A stretch of DNA of 63,323 bases, the filler included, from Reticulomyxa filosa (lineage: Eukaryota > Protista > Foraminifera), in NCBI GenBank assembly GCA_000512085.1. It is 21 parts of 21 records of this genome, joined end to end, with 100 filler letters (N's around TTAATTAATTAA, not from the genome) between each part and the next. Parts side by side here need not be neighbours in the genome. Positions count along the whole stretch, not along the records: positions 34,921 to 43,743 come from ASPP01000767.1; positions 43,844 to 45,038 come from ASPP01037612.1; positions 45,139 to 49,495 come from ASPP01025723.1; 18 more parts are not named here. One strand, 5' to 3'. Position 1 is the first letter of the stretch, and each line of letters opens with the position of its first letter. Below the pieces are notes generated by a model. That model was not told the DNA's origin, did no database searches, and was given only the letters and a program-made list of their open reading frames with translations. The position numbers and the translations under genes were made by a program. Below are positions 36,899 through 49,389 of this stretch, piece after piece.

Positions 36899-39800
36899 AT
36901 GTCGTCATTTAAAGCATATGTGAATGATGGGACAAAAACGCATACGATAACGTTGCCAGAATTGACAATAGAATACTTGAAACGTCAAATCCTTCAAGTG
37001 ACCCGACCAACATATGTAGACGATATATTGACAGCAATTATTGATGAAAATGGTAGCCACATAAAAACTGACGAAAGTGTAATTCGTGCATTTGAAAAGG
37101 ATCCTGTTTATTTTACTGTCCAATTTGAATCAAGTTTTCCTCTATTAATAAAAGTAAATTTTTGTTATCGTCAAAAGTTGATTTTAATTGTTAGCACAAT
37201 ATTGACCAAAAACAGAAGACATTTCAAGAAATAATTCAATTGTGGAAAAAAAAAGAATTTGAAGTACAATCAACAGTACCATCGTGTAAAGTAAAGTATC
37301 CATTGGTGTTATTGGTTGGAGCGATCAAATATGAACAAGAATATCTGGAATGTGTCAAAAAGGATCTCTATTTATTGCAAGCATTATTCCAATCAAAACT
37401 GGGTTATCAAGTGTTTAATACTTATAATGCACAAGATCTCAAAACAGAAACACTTACATTGGATGAATTGGATAAATTTATGATGACACATTCTTTGAGT
37501 TTAAAAGATGGCAGCAATACGAATAATACAGATAATGACTATGATGGATTGATCTTTGTGTGGTGTGGACATGGAGGATTTGGAGAAAATGAAGAGGCGT
37601 TGATTACAAGTAACGGCAGAATGAAAGATTTCAAAGAGATTCAAAATGCATTTATCACTAAAACTGAGTATTTTATTGGAAAACCAAAAATATTTATAAA
37701 AATAACATATAGAGAGCAAGAAGAACTCAAGACAATTAAGTCTAATCGAGGAAATGAAAGTATTCGAAAAAAGATATGGTATAATCGTGATGCAGATGTA
37801 TTTTCAATTTTTGTAAATGCAACAAAAAAGACAATGCTTGAGAGTCCGGAACATTGTTTCACGGAAGTATTTTGTAAGATATTTGAAAACAATATGAATA
37901 AAGATTTGGAGTTTATTATCAAACAAGTCATCAAAACTGTGTTTGGACAAGCGATTGACAGAGAGATTATTCAAACTGTTTCAAAACTGTATGCGGATAT
38001 CTATTTGATCCCAAGCATGCCAAAGCAATTGCTTCTAAGCGCTGACAGTAGTAATGACAAAGAGGTCAAGTACGAACGACCAGTCATTGAAAAGGACAAT
38101 AGCATAGAAACATTGAGTTTTAAGAGACATTGGAACAGACAATGGAGAAAAGCAAATGCCAAAGCGGCAATAGTAGTCGAGCAAATGACACGTGATAACA
38201 AGCAAGGATTAGTTGTTGTTGCTTACGATACGTCCAAATGGAAAAATAAAAGTGATAATCTTGCTTTATTTGCCGCATTGGTAAATAACAGCAAAGATGA
38301 TATAAAAGAGTTTGGGGAATATTGTATGTATGTAATAAACAAAAAATTGATTATATTAGAAAATGTAAATATTGATGGAAATATGTATGTTATCGATTGC
38401 GAAATCCAATGTAAAGGACATGTGGATATTACAACACAAATTTTCGCTACAAAGAATTCCATCATTGATCAACACTTGCAACAATCATTTTCCATCATTC
38501 AATGGAATACAAAAATACATCATGATATTCCAGTGCAATTTCAAGACCTCGAAAGCAAAGAAGAAGAACATAAAAAGGAAAAGCTGTTTGACGAATCGAT
38601 TGCTTATTTGCAAAAGTATTTGCAAATTGCAATTGATACGTTTGGTGTTAATCATCATTATGTTGCAATTGCATACAATATGCTTGCACTTGCCTATGAT
38701 GACAACAAAGGACAGCCTGAAAAAGCGATTGAATTCTTTGAAAAGGCATTACAAATCATGTTAGATCTTTTTGAAATGAATTGCAGCTTTGTTGCACAAT
38801 TGTATGAAAACATAGGCAATACTTACGATAAAGGAAAAAATGGGAGAAAGCAATGGAATGTTATTCAAAAGTGATGCAGATCAGATTACATATTTTTGGC
38901 ACAGTCAATCATGCCGATATTGCTCGATCGTATAATAATTTGGCATATGTTTATCAAAATAAAAAACAATATGACAAAGCAATCGAATATTATGAACAGT
39001 CTCTAAAAATCAGATTAGAAATCTTTGGAACTGACCATGAATATGTAGCTGATTCATATAGCAAATTAGCGTTTCCGTATTTCAGTCAAGGACATTATGA
39101 CACAGCAATTGAGTTGTATGAAAAGGCATTAAAAATTAGATTGGAGAATTCTGGAGTCGATAAGAGTGATATTGCCGATTTGTATTTTGATTTAGGATAT
39201 ACTTACCAAACCAAAAAAGACAATGATAAGGCAATTGGCTATTATGAAAATGCATTGAAAATTAGATTAGATCTTTTTGGGATTAAACATGCCGACGTCG
39301 CGCATGTGTATAATAATTTAGGAAATATTTACCAAAGTAAAAAAGAGTGTGATAAGGCAATCGAATATCACAAAAAGGCACTACAAATTAGATTGGATGT
39401 TTTTGGAGAAAAACATGATGACATTGCTTGGTCTTATCACAATTTAGGATTCTCTTATAACAGTATGGGCGAACATGACAAAGCAATCGAATGTTACGAA
39501 AAGGGTGTAAAAATTAGATTAGAACTTTCCGGAGCTAGCAATAGTGATGTTGCTGGTTCCTATTTTGATTTGGGATATGCTTACCAAAGTAAAAAAGAAT
39601 ATGACAAAGCAATTGAATATTATGAAAATGCATTGAAAATCAGATTAGAACTTTTTGGAGTTAATCATGCTGAGGTCTCTCATGTGTATAACAATTTAGG
39701 AAATATTTATCAAAGTAAAGGCGAATATGACAGAGCAATTGAATATCATGAAAGGGCACTAAAAATTAGATTGGATGTGTTTGGAATCAAACATGAGGAA

Positions 39801-40373
39801 GTAGGTAGATCATATGGAAATTTAGGAAAAGTATATCAAAATAAAGATCAACATGATAAAGCAATTGAATATCATGAAAAAGCATTAAAAATCCGATTGG
39901 AAGTTTTTGGAAATAATCACGTTGATGTTGCTTGGTCCTATCATAATTTGGGAACCTCCTATGACAAACTAAATAAATACGGTGAAGCTATTGACTTTTA
40001 TGATAAAGCATTGCAAGTAAGATTGGCCATTTTTGGGACTTATTATGCTGATGTTTTTGAATCTTATACGTGTTTAGGACTTGTGTACATATATACTGGA
40101 AGGTATGATAAAGCTATTGAATGCCATGAAACGGCATTAAAAATAAAAGAAAAATTACCTAATATTGTAGACGAAGTTGTGGCTGCTTTGAATGAGCTTT
40201 TAGGGTTAGCATATGAAGCTAAAGGAGAAATTCAAACAGCATGTACATATTACGAAAAATCATGGAAGATGAACAGTAAAGCAGAAGGAGAATGGAATGC
40301 AACAACATCAAGATCAAAAAAGAAAACAAAAAAATTGACCAAAAAGTTGATGACAGAAATTTCTTCCATTTAA
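36899..40373 (+). CDS. PB1/ubiquitin-like + caspase-fold (C14-like, catalytic Cys replaced) + about 14 x 42-aa TPR protein
   Basis: Exon 1 36899-37133, intron 37134-37215. Caspase motifs YDGLIFVWCGHG and GKPKIFIKITYR. TPR array xAxxYxNLGxxYxxxxxYDKAIEYYEKALKIRLxxFG. Two 1-nt indels in A runs (37246-37254, about 38833-38838). Confidence 0.88.
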
Positions 40374-40751
40374 ATGAAAAAAAAAGAGAGTTATGAAATT
40401 TTGTTTAAAGTTCTAATATTTGATTTGGTCAAATGATTTTTTATTTTTGTATTGTAGCTACGTTTTTGTTTTGAAAAGGGTTGCCTTTTCTTTAAATTCT
40501 TCAAAATGCATTAATGTTATTATCGATCCTAGTAAAAAGATTTTAAATTATTTCCGCTTTTTTGCATTTAGCACAGTAAAAAAGAATTTTAATCTTGTCA
40601 AAACATAAAAATCACACTTTTGCAGAATACTAAAATTTATTTAGAAGCGAGAAATATTTTGCGTTTTCGCTACTCTCAACAAGTAACGAAAGCTCCTGTT
40701 GGATACAAAAAAAACTTGAGGAATATCCTCAAAATTATTATTTTATCGCTA

Positions 40752-41559
40752 ATGACGGAAAGTGCTAGTGATTTTAAAATAGAAGGAGAATTGATCCAAC
40801 AAGGTGCCGAAGCTCGAATCTATAAATCAGGCAAAAGTGGGAAAGAAGTGATACTAAAATATCGCTTTCCAAAAACGTATAGGCATCCGAGTTTGGATGA
40901 AAGGCTAAGAAAAGCGCGAACTAAAGCAGTTTTGCTTTTGTTAGACGTCGGTATAGTGTACAGAACTTTTTGTTGGAAAAAAATGAAGAAATTTCTTGTT
41001 TTTTTTCTAAAATAACAAAAAAAAAAAGGAAGTAAAACTAATCAAAAAAGCAGAGGCAGCAAAAATTCGGGTCCCAAAAGTGCTCCGAGAAGATCGCAAT
41101 AACTGCTTGATCGTTATGGAATATATAACTTTACCAAGTGTACGACAAATACTGAAACAATACTATGATCCCGAAAACCACGAATATTTACAAAAAGAAG
41201 GGCTTGTGCTTCCATTGTTGCGAGAATTGGGCACATGTATTGCCAAATTACATGAAAGTACGATAATTCATGGCGATTTGACCACTTCCAACATGTTTTA
41301 TGATATAGAAAAACGTGAATTGATATTAATCGATTTTGGTTTAAGTAATGTTAGTATGCGAGCGGAAGACATGGCCGTTGATTTATATGTATTGGAAAGA
41401 GCGCTCATAAGTACTCACAACAATAGTGAGTTTATGATTGAAATTATTTACCAAAGTTACATTGGCCATTTTTCGGAAAAAAACAACCGTGGCAAAGAGG
41501 TGTTAAAACGTTTGGAAGTTGTAAAACAAAGAGGAAGAAAGAGATCCATGGTTGGTTGA
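40752..41559 (+). CDS. BUD32: KEOPS kinase Bud32/TP53RK (exons 40752-40928, 41029-41559)
   Basis: QQGAEARIY, KYRFPKTYRHPSLD, IIHGDLTTSN, LIDFGLS, EDMAVDLYVLERA, terminal RGRKRSMVG. Confidence 0.97.
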
Positions 41560-41855
41560 AAGAAGAAAAAAGACGAGGAAAAAAAAGTGATTATATAAAT
41601 CTTTATTTTTCAAAAGCCCTAGCAAAATAATATATTTCCTTTTGTGAGCATTTGAGAATCTAACAATAAAATTTGTTCAAGTTGCATTTTTTTTGCGTTT
41701 TTCGTTTTCATTTTCCCATTTTGTTTTACAAACTTAAAAAAAATTATAAATGTCAATATAACTCATAAAATTGAAATCGGAGGGGGTCACACTTGCAAAA
41801 AAAAAAAAAAATACAATTTGTGAAATGCATTAAACGTGAATCGGAAAAAGTAAAT

Positions 41856-43126
41856 TTAATCAGTATCTTTCTTGAAAGAGTCAGGAGTTTTTTTTTTCTT
41901 GCCATCTTCAGCGTTTCTTTTCAAGGCCTTGATTTTTTTAGTTTTCAATTTGGCCAAGTTTTGATCACTACGATTGATATACAGTTTTCCGACCCTTTCG
42001 CCCAAAATGTTATGTTTGACGTTCTTTTGTTTTGGTTTTTTGTTGGTCAACGTTCGGCTCGGTTTCATTCTGGAAGCTTCTTGTAATTCATCCGGGGCAT
42101 GCTCTTCTCGTCGCGAGTACAAATCGAGCCGAGGGCCAATTTCATGCAAATGAACGTATGGTTCTTTGGGGTCACTTGACTGATGTAACTCAACATGATA
42201 ATGGCGAATCAAGATACACATCGCATCTTCATCTATACCAAGATGTTCAAGGTGTGCATCTTTCAAACTGTCAGATTTAAATGAAACGGCTGTAAATGTG
42301 ATCACATGATCAACTGTTAACAAATTGATCTTTAATAACGTGTCCCCTCGATAAAAGTCCATAAACAGATTGCGTATCTTTTTTAGCCTGTCGTCATTAT
42401 TAAACGCCTCACCTTGAAACACCAAACACGGCTTACTTCCAACACGAAATGATTTGTCCCCACCATCGATGCTGCTTTCATCCTTCAATTTCTGGATAAT
42501 TTTTGTTTTTTTGTTTTCTTTATGAATTTTGCTTTGTCAGAAAACACATCACTCAAAAAAAATTCTTTTGATTGATTGTTGTTTTTTTTTTTTTTTTTAC
42601 GTTAAAATATTGCATTGGCTTGAATGTTTTCGGGTCGATTCCAAATTCGAACATATCCAACATTTGATAGTTGAAACAACGCCCAATCACCAAATTGTGA
42701 GGTCGTTTCTTCGAATGATTACCAAATATAAACAAACTACTATCATTCTTGTTACACAAGAATTCGACTGAACTGAAACTTTCAAACGGATGACAATCCA
42801 GGCGACGCATTAATGCTTTGGAATTTGGTTTACATATTTCGTGCTTTCGGTCCATGTTTTCGAGTTTTTTGTTTTATTTTTAAATTTTTTTTAAGAAAAT
42901 TTTTTTTTCTCCTTGTTACCCCTTTCCACACACAAAAAAATTTTTTTACCAAGTTGTGAAGGGTATCGTTGATTATTGGCGAGGTTTTTGTTCCTCTTAG
43001 TACGACTTGTTGCTTTAAGCTTTCAAAGGTTTTGGGCGCTTTTTTGGCTAATGCTCTTTTCCCACGGCCTGTTTTTGGTGGAGCTATTTTGCCTTTGATC
43101 TCAGCTTCTGATATGATATTCTCCAT
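41856..43126 (-). CDS. RPF2: Ribosome biogenesis protein RPF2 (Brix domain), spliced
   Basis: HPFE, SLFIFGNHSKKRPHNLVIGR, LDMFEFG, GSKPCLVFQGE, EIGPRLDL, KNVKHNILGE, KTKKIKALK. Confidence 0.95.
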
Positions 43127-43843
43127 TTTTTTATAACTTTGCCAATGTATCAAAAAGCAAATGTCTTCCGGGAGACCACCCATAAACTCAATTCCTTTTT
43201 TTTTTTGCAAAGAACGACAAAACTTTCGTTCTTTGTCATATAATGACAGCCACATTAGAAAAAGTAAAACTCTTTCACATCAATAAACGGATGAACTATT
43301 TTTGCAATTGATCGACCAACAATGCAGAGTTCAAAGGTGAATTGGACAAAAAATATGATGCTTCTTTTGTTCAAATCTAATTTTCTTTAAAATTCAGACT
43401 TCCAAAAAAAGATATTGTAGTCTAATAACTGTGTGTTATAATGACTATGTTACTTAATGTAAAAAGTTGTGTTAGTTTTAATATTTAAATTACATTTTAC
43501 GTTTTTATTAATTGCTTTCCTTCTCAGATTTCTTCGCATTGGCTCAACTTTCATTTGGTGCAATTTCTGTTTCCAGCATAGCTACTATACATCGAAACGA
43601 ATATAATAATGCTTGAACCAATAATCATCTGAAGGATTTATCCTTTTCATTGCTGGAACGTTGCACTATTTATCGTATTCAAATTATGTTATTAACACAT
43701 ACAGTATGATAAAAAAGAAAGTTGACACCTAAAATGCCACCTTNNNNNNNNNNNNNNNNNNNNNNNNNNNNNNNNNNNNNNNNNNNNTTAATTAATTAAN
43801 NNNNNNNNNNNNNNNNNNNNNNNNNNNNNNNNNNNNNNNNNNN

Positions 43844-44660
43844 AATTGAATACACAAGTTGTGCATTGACCCACTTGCGATAACGATTCCACAAATGTAA
43901 TATTTGAATATCTTGTCGGTAGTACCAATCTTCATCGTTTATTTTTTTAAAACCAAAATCGAGTAGAATACCTTTCATGTCATTCAGAGTTTCAACAAAA
44001 TTTGCGCCTAGTTGATCACATTTGAGTTTCAAATTTTTATATAAGCTTTGACTACTGATCTGACGATATTTAATTGTTCTGGAGTGATTTAATATATTCC
44101 ATAATATATAAAGAGACATTGATCTGACAATCATCAATTCTTCTCTTTCTTTCGGTCTATCATTTATTATATTTAAAACTCTTTGATGAAAAGAAATAAA
44201 CAAGTAGACATTGTGTATTAAACCTATTGGTGTCACGAGAAGAACAAATTTCTTCCAATTTGAATCTTGTTTCATAAAAAATTCTATTACATTGTTTCCA
44301 TATATTTAAAATCTCTGTTTTGTTCACTTGATTACCAAAATCTACCAATAACGAGAGTAAAAGCTTTTGATCATCATGAAATATGCTATTTATTGAAAGA
44401 ACAAAGTTGATATACTTCAAAAAAAAGAAAATTAGACACGTGGATTTAATGATCAACCTATTATCATTGACATAGTGCAATATTTCATTTGTTTCATCAA
44501 TATCTTCGTCACAATAGTTCCATGCTTGTAAAATGATTTCTTTCTCAATCTCAGGGAAATTCTGTTGGAGTAGACATATATTATTGTCTCTTGTTTGCTT
44601 TGAGAGCTTACCGTCTCCTATTTGTTCTGAGACCTTACCCCACTCGTATTTTGAACTCAT
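43844..44660 (-). CDS. Protein with CUE/UBA-like helical repeats and a PUB-like domain, spliced, 3' partial
   Basis: LQQNFPEIEKEIILQAW...DIDET..L is CUE-like, with a second similar repeat. LYILWNILNH..TIKYRQI...LLDFGFK is PUB-like. Confidence 0.55.
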
Positions 44661-45249
44661 TTACAATTAACAAAAAAAAAGTATTACGGGGGACACGTTA
44701 AATTACTGTCTTCCTTTGTCAGAACCTTGATTTAGCATTACGGCATAGTTTTTTAATTTTTAATCTTTGTTGCAGCTAAAATACAAATTTAGAATAGTTT
44801 TTTCAAATTATTGTCAACAAAACTCTATCCTATCAAATGTAGCACATAAAGAAATACTTTCATTTCTTTTGGAATATTTTCACAGCGACAAGAGTCAATA
44901 ATAAAAATTTTAGGAAAATCTTTAAATGATTCCATTTCATAACAATTAAATGATGAATGTATTTTATCAATTGATATACAGTAGATTGCAAAAAAAACTG
45001 GCATACCTAAATGGCACTATATGAAGAGAATCGATTTTNNNNNNNNNNNNNNNNNNNNNNNNNNNNNNNNNNNNNNNNNNNNTTAATTAATTAANNNNNN
45101 NNNNNNNNNNNNNNNNNNNNNNNNNNNNNNNNNNNNNNTTTTTTTTTGGTGTGCACACGCACCATCATACACATGCGTCGCGTGCACCCCCTCGTTTTTC
45201 ATATCGAATAAAATGGAGACGATATACACAAAAAAAAATGGTTTGATAG

Positions 45250-45406
45250 GAGTCGTGTTCAACTAAAACCGGAAGAGACAATATTTGTATTCATAAACAA
45301 TAAATTGGTGCCTAATGGAGCTTTGATGGCTGATGTATACGAGAAAAACAAAAGCGAGGACGGCTTTTTATATGTTCTTTATTCTTCTGAAAATTATTTT
45401 GGTTGA
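45250..45406 (+). CDS. ATG8: ATG8/GABARAP family, last exon (not in ORF track)
   Basis: After the TAG acceptor: SRVQLKPEETIFVFINNKLVPNGALMADVYEKNKSEDGFLYVLYSSENYFG*. Confidence 0.93.
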
Positions 45407-47068
45407 ATAATCTTTTTCAATTTTCCTGATGTTTTTTATTGTTCTAAAAAATTTTTTTTTGTACTTTGTCTTTAAAGTTACACTCATCCAGCTCATTGAG
45501 TAATACAAAAAATAAAGACAAACCATTTTCTTGTGATGTTGTCTGATTTGGTGCATTTGTGTTTTGGTGTTCTGTGAAGAACTGGTACAGTAGATGTTTT
45601 AACATGCTTTATCCAAATCAACAACATAAAAAAAAGCCATTACCAAAAAATTAGGGTCAGGCTTGAGTAAAAAAAATTCTTGGTTTTTTGATAAAAACAC
45701 GATCTCACCAAAAAATGGATTGACCCCGGGATATATTGTACGTGATAACATATTATAAATGTAGCTATTATAAATGTAGCAAGCATGCGTCGTTGTTCAC
45801 TAGTATATTTTAAAAACAGATGTCGCAAATATATCTCCGCAATGCATATTTTTGTTTAAAACACTTGTATTCATTTTGCCAAATTGTCAATTTTGAAGTT
45901 TCAGAGTAGTCATAAAGGATTGGCTAGAAAAAATGTCCTTTACTATAATCGAATTTATAATGAATTGTTTATGGCCAAAATTTCTTTTGGCATAAGATAA
46001 AATGATTTGAATTTGTTTTCTTTTCGTAGATATTTTGTTGGGACTCATTATTAAAAAACTTTTGAATTGGAAAAAGTTTTGTGCAAACTATATTTCGCTG
46101 GGCATAGAAACTGGGAGCGTTTTTTACAAAAATAACCGTAAAAATGTTTGCTTGTAGAAAAAATTATAGGCAACGCCCATTTGCATAAGATTGTAAATAT
46201 ATCTAATAAAGCGGTAATTTAGGGCAATCACAAGCATACCCAGGCAGGAATTAAAAGTGTGGAAATAACCGTAAACTACGAAGCTGCGTGTGAAACGATT
46301 ATTGCAACACAGATGAACTTGTGTCAGTAAGTAACGCGAACTGGCGGTAGTTATATCTGCCATGCAAACACTGTCACTTTCAGTTGTCAGTAGAAGAAGG
46401 TAGGAATGCTTTGCTCAAAAATCTTGAAATAGTGGCATTTTTTTGATTTACAAAAAATAATTTGGGATAGAGCTTGTTTGCGTTTAGAACGCGCTTGTCC
46501 TTTCACTTTGAACTGCTTGGCCACTATTGCCCTTTTTTATGTGCTCTTGCATTGGCTGGGATCATATCGCTATCAAATCCAAAATAATAGTCGACGTACT
46601 CAAAGGATTTTCACATAGCATTTTATAAGAAAATTGGGAGATTGACTCTCTTTTCACTTTTACCGTTTCATTTATTTTGTTCGATCTTCTACGAAGTTTT
46701 CTTTTTTTTACAGTTTTAGTTACATTAACGTGCAAGTCTGTTAGAATTTTTTAAAAGGTCCATTTTTTGTGGAATTTATTACTAATATTGGGCGACACCC
46801 TGTTTTGTTTGAACATTTTCAAAACTAAAGGTTTGACTCTTTTGAATTGTCTGCATTTTTTGGAGTAAGTTTGCATGAATTCTCAAAGATAATTTTTTTT
46901 TTTGCATTGACAATTGATGGACAGCACAAACCAATGATGAAAACAAACCAACACAAAGAGACAAAGCTTTTTTTGTTGTTTGACGAATTTACAATTGGCA
47001 GAGAGTTAAAATGGAGAAGAGTGAGAGTAGCCAAACGACAGAAAAGCAAAACAAAAGCGGCGATTTCT

Positions 47069-48160
47069 TTAACATCTCATACATTGTGAAGCTTTGGCGC
47101 TCTCCTCAACGTCGGATATGGCATCTGACATTTTGTCTTCTAATGACACCGGATCAGGTTTGTTTTCATAAAATTTTGGACTGTGTATGGCATATGACAA
47201 GGCATTCAATGTCAGGCCCCAGAAAGAAGAAACGAAGAGGGGAAGAGGAGGGGGGGCAAAAAAAGTCGACTTAACACTCCAGGCATTAGAGTAAAACATT
47301 TTTTGGCGACTTGGTCAAATAAATCATTAACGCCGCTTCCAGTTTTGGCGCTTGTTTCTAAGTAAATCGTATTTGACCATTCTTTATTAACGATTTGTTG
47401 TCTGACCCAATCGGATGATAATTTTCTATCATTTTCCAAGTCGCATTTGTTACCAATGATAAAGAATGGTATTGTGTCGATCCACTCAATGTCACTTTGC
47501 GATACAAATTCGTCTCGCCACGACGATACGGCTTCAAACGACTGTGCGTCGCTCAGATCAAATACGATCACACATGCATTTGCTCCTCGGTAAAATGGGG
47601 CACCCAATGCTCGGAATCTTGTATTCATTTCAAAGAATACAATAGGTTACAAAAAAAAATTATTTATTTATTTGTTCATTGGACCCCGTCTCACAAAAAA
47701 GTTTTGAGTCATTCTTATGTATACAACACAAAAAATACCTTTCTTGACCTGCAGTGTCCCAGATTTGAAGGAGTAACAATTTACCATCAATCACCAGTTC
47801 TTTGGTGCAAAAATCAGCTCCTCTAATTTCGATGATTTGTGTATATTCATTTTTTTTCTCATTGTAATTTTTTCTTTTTTGTTACTGCAATTAAACGATA
47901 TACGTCACCAAAAAAAAAAATAGATAAATAGACAAATAAATTTACAAAAATTATTATATATAACATAGTGGCTTTGTATTGTTCAGCAAATTTGTTGTTG
48001 ATATATCTTTTCAAAATTGATGTTTTGCCAACGTTAGAGGAGCCTGCGATTACTGTTCCAAGTTATTCATAAACACCTTTTTCCCAAAAAAAAACTCACA
48101 AAGAGTGAAAGACACTTGTCACTCACCAACTTTGAAGAAGAACTCTGTTGCTTGAGCCAT
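47069..48160 (-). CDS. RAB7: Rab7-like small GTPase, five exons
   Basis: Spliced: [23 protein letters not shown]...QYKATIGADF...[21 protein letters not shown]...GNKCD...ETSAK...SQCMRC*. Confidence 0.9.
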
Positions 48161-48505
48161 TTCTGTATTATTTTATTATTTATTATACTGTCAAATTATC
48201 AAAGTTCACCAGTGATTGAATGATGAAGGAGGACTTCTAAAATCTTGAAGTTCTTTTTAAACCTTTTTTTTTACTTATATTGAAAGAGGTGCAGTAACAG
48301 AGCTTGCACATGCACAACTCCAACATCGGACCAAACAATTGAAGAAAAACAAAATTCTGTGACAAGCGAATGCAAATTAGTGATATTTTTTTGAGCTGGT
48401 GCGTATGAAACAACGCCTCTTTTTTTTTAAAAAAAATGAGTAAGAAAAAAAAACAAAAAAGGAGCAATGGATGAAAATGTGTGTAATAGTTTGAGAAAAA
48501 GAAAT

Positions 48506-49389
48506 TTAAGGACTACAACACTGTTGACATGGATAAGAATAGTCTTGAAACCAAAAGATTTGCTTAGTTTCTTGGTAAAACATTTCACCAAACATTTCAG
48601 TAGAGTCTAAGTCATCGACAATGATATCGTCCCATTCTTCGCAGTGATGATAGCAAGAGTCAAATAGTCTTCAATATACAAAGATACACACACGTACATA
48701 TATTTGATATAAAGATGAAAGTGAAAGGAAAGAAAACAGGGACAAACCCTCCGTGCAGTGATAGATTGGTTTGCAAATAGGTTTGGTTGAAAATGCGAGT
48801 GAAATTAGTTCCATATTCGTTGATCAACGTGGCATTGTTTGTATTGCCCAAGATGTATGTCAGCTGCCACGAGTCAAAGCGCGACTGCAGAGCAAACACC
48901 GGGACCTCAATAAACGGCGCATTGGCCTGTGCAAACATGCATTGCCACGTGTTTCCTGTCTTTATGTGGGCCGCAATGCAATTTTGGTTTACACCACCAG
49001 TGCAATTTTGATTGTCGAACACCCACGTCATCCCTTGCACACACCCCAAAAAAAAAAAAAAAAAAGCAAACAAATAATAGGAACCAAATGTACAAAAATA
49101 AATAAATAAATACCAGTGACATATTTTTCAGTGGGGCTTTGATATTGCAAAAAAAAGCCGCTGTCTGGTAAAGCCGCAAAGTTGCGCAATTGATTGTTGT
49201 TTTGTGTCAATATTTGATAGATGTATTGCGTGTGCAAATACGTCGCCAGACCACCTGCGCTACATCCGCCCACGACCACTTGCGCTGCCATGTCCAATCC
49301 AAAGTCGGTTAACAGAGCTTCCAATAGCGCTTGCACATTCCGAAATCCTCGAAAGTAAATATTCGTTCCGCTTACCGACACAGGGTGCC
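48506..49389 (-). CDS. Pectinacetylesterase/Notum-family hydrolase, 3' exons
   Basis: YFRG, GCSAGG nucleophile motif, DSGFFL, FDSWQL, DSCYHHC, ending YPCQQCCSP*. Confidence 0.9.
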
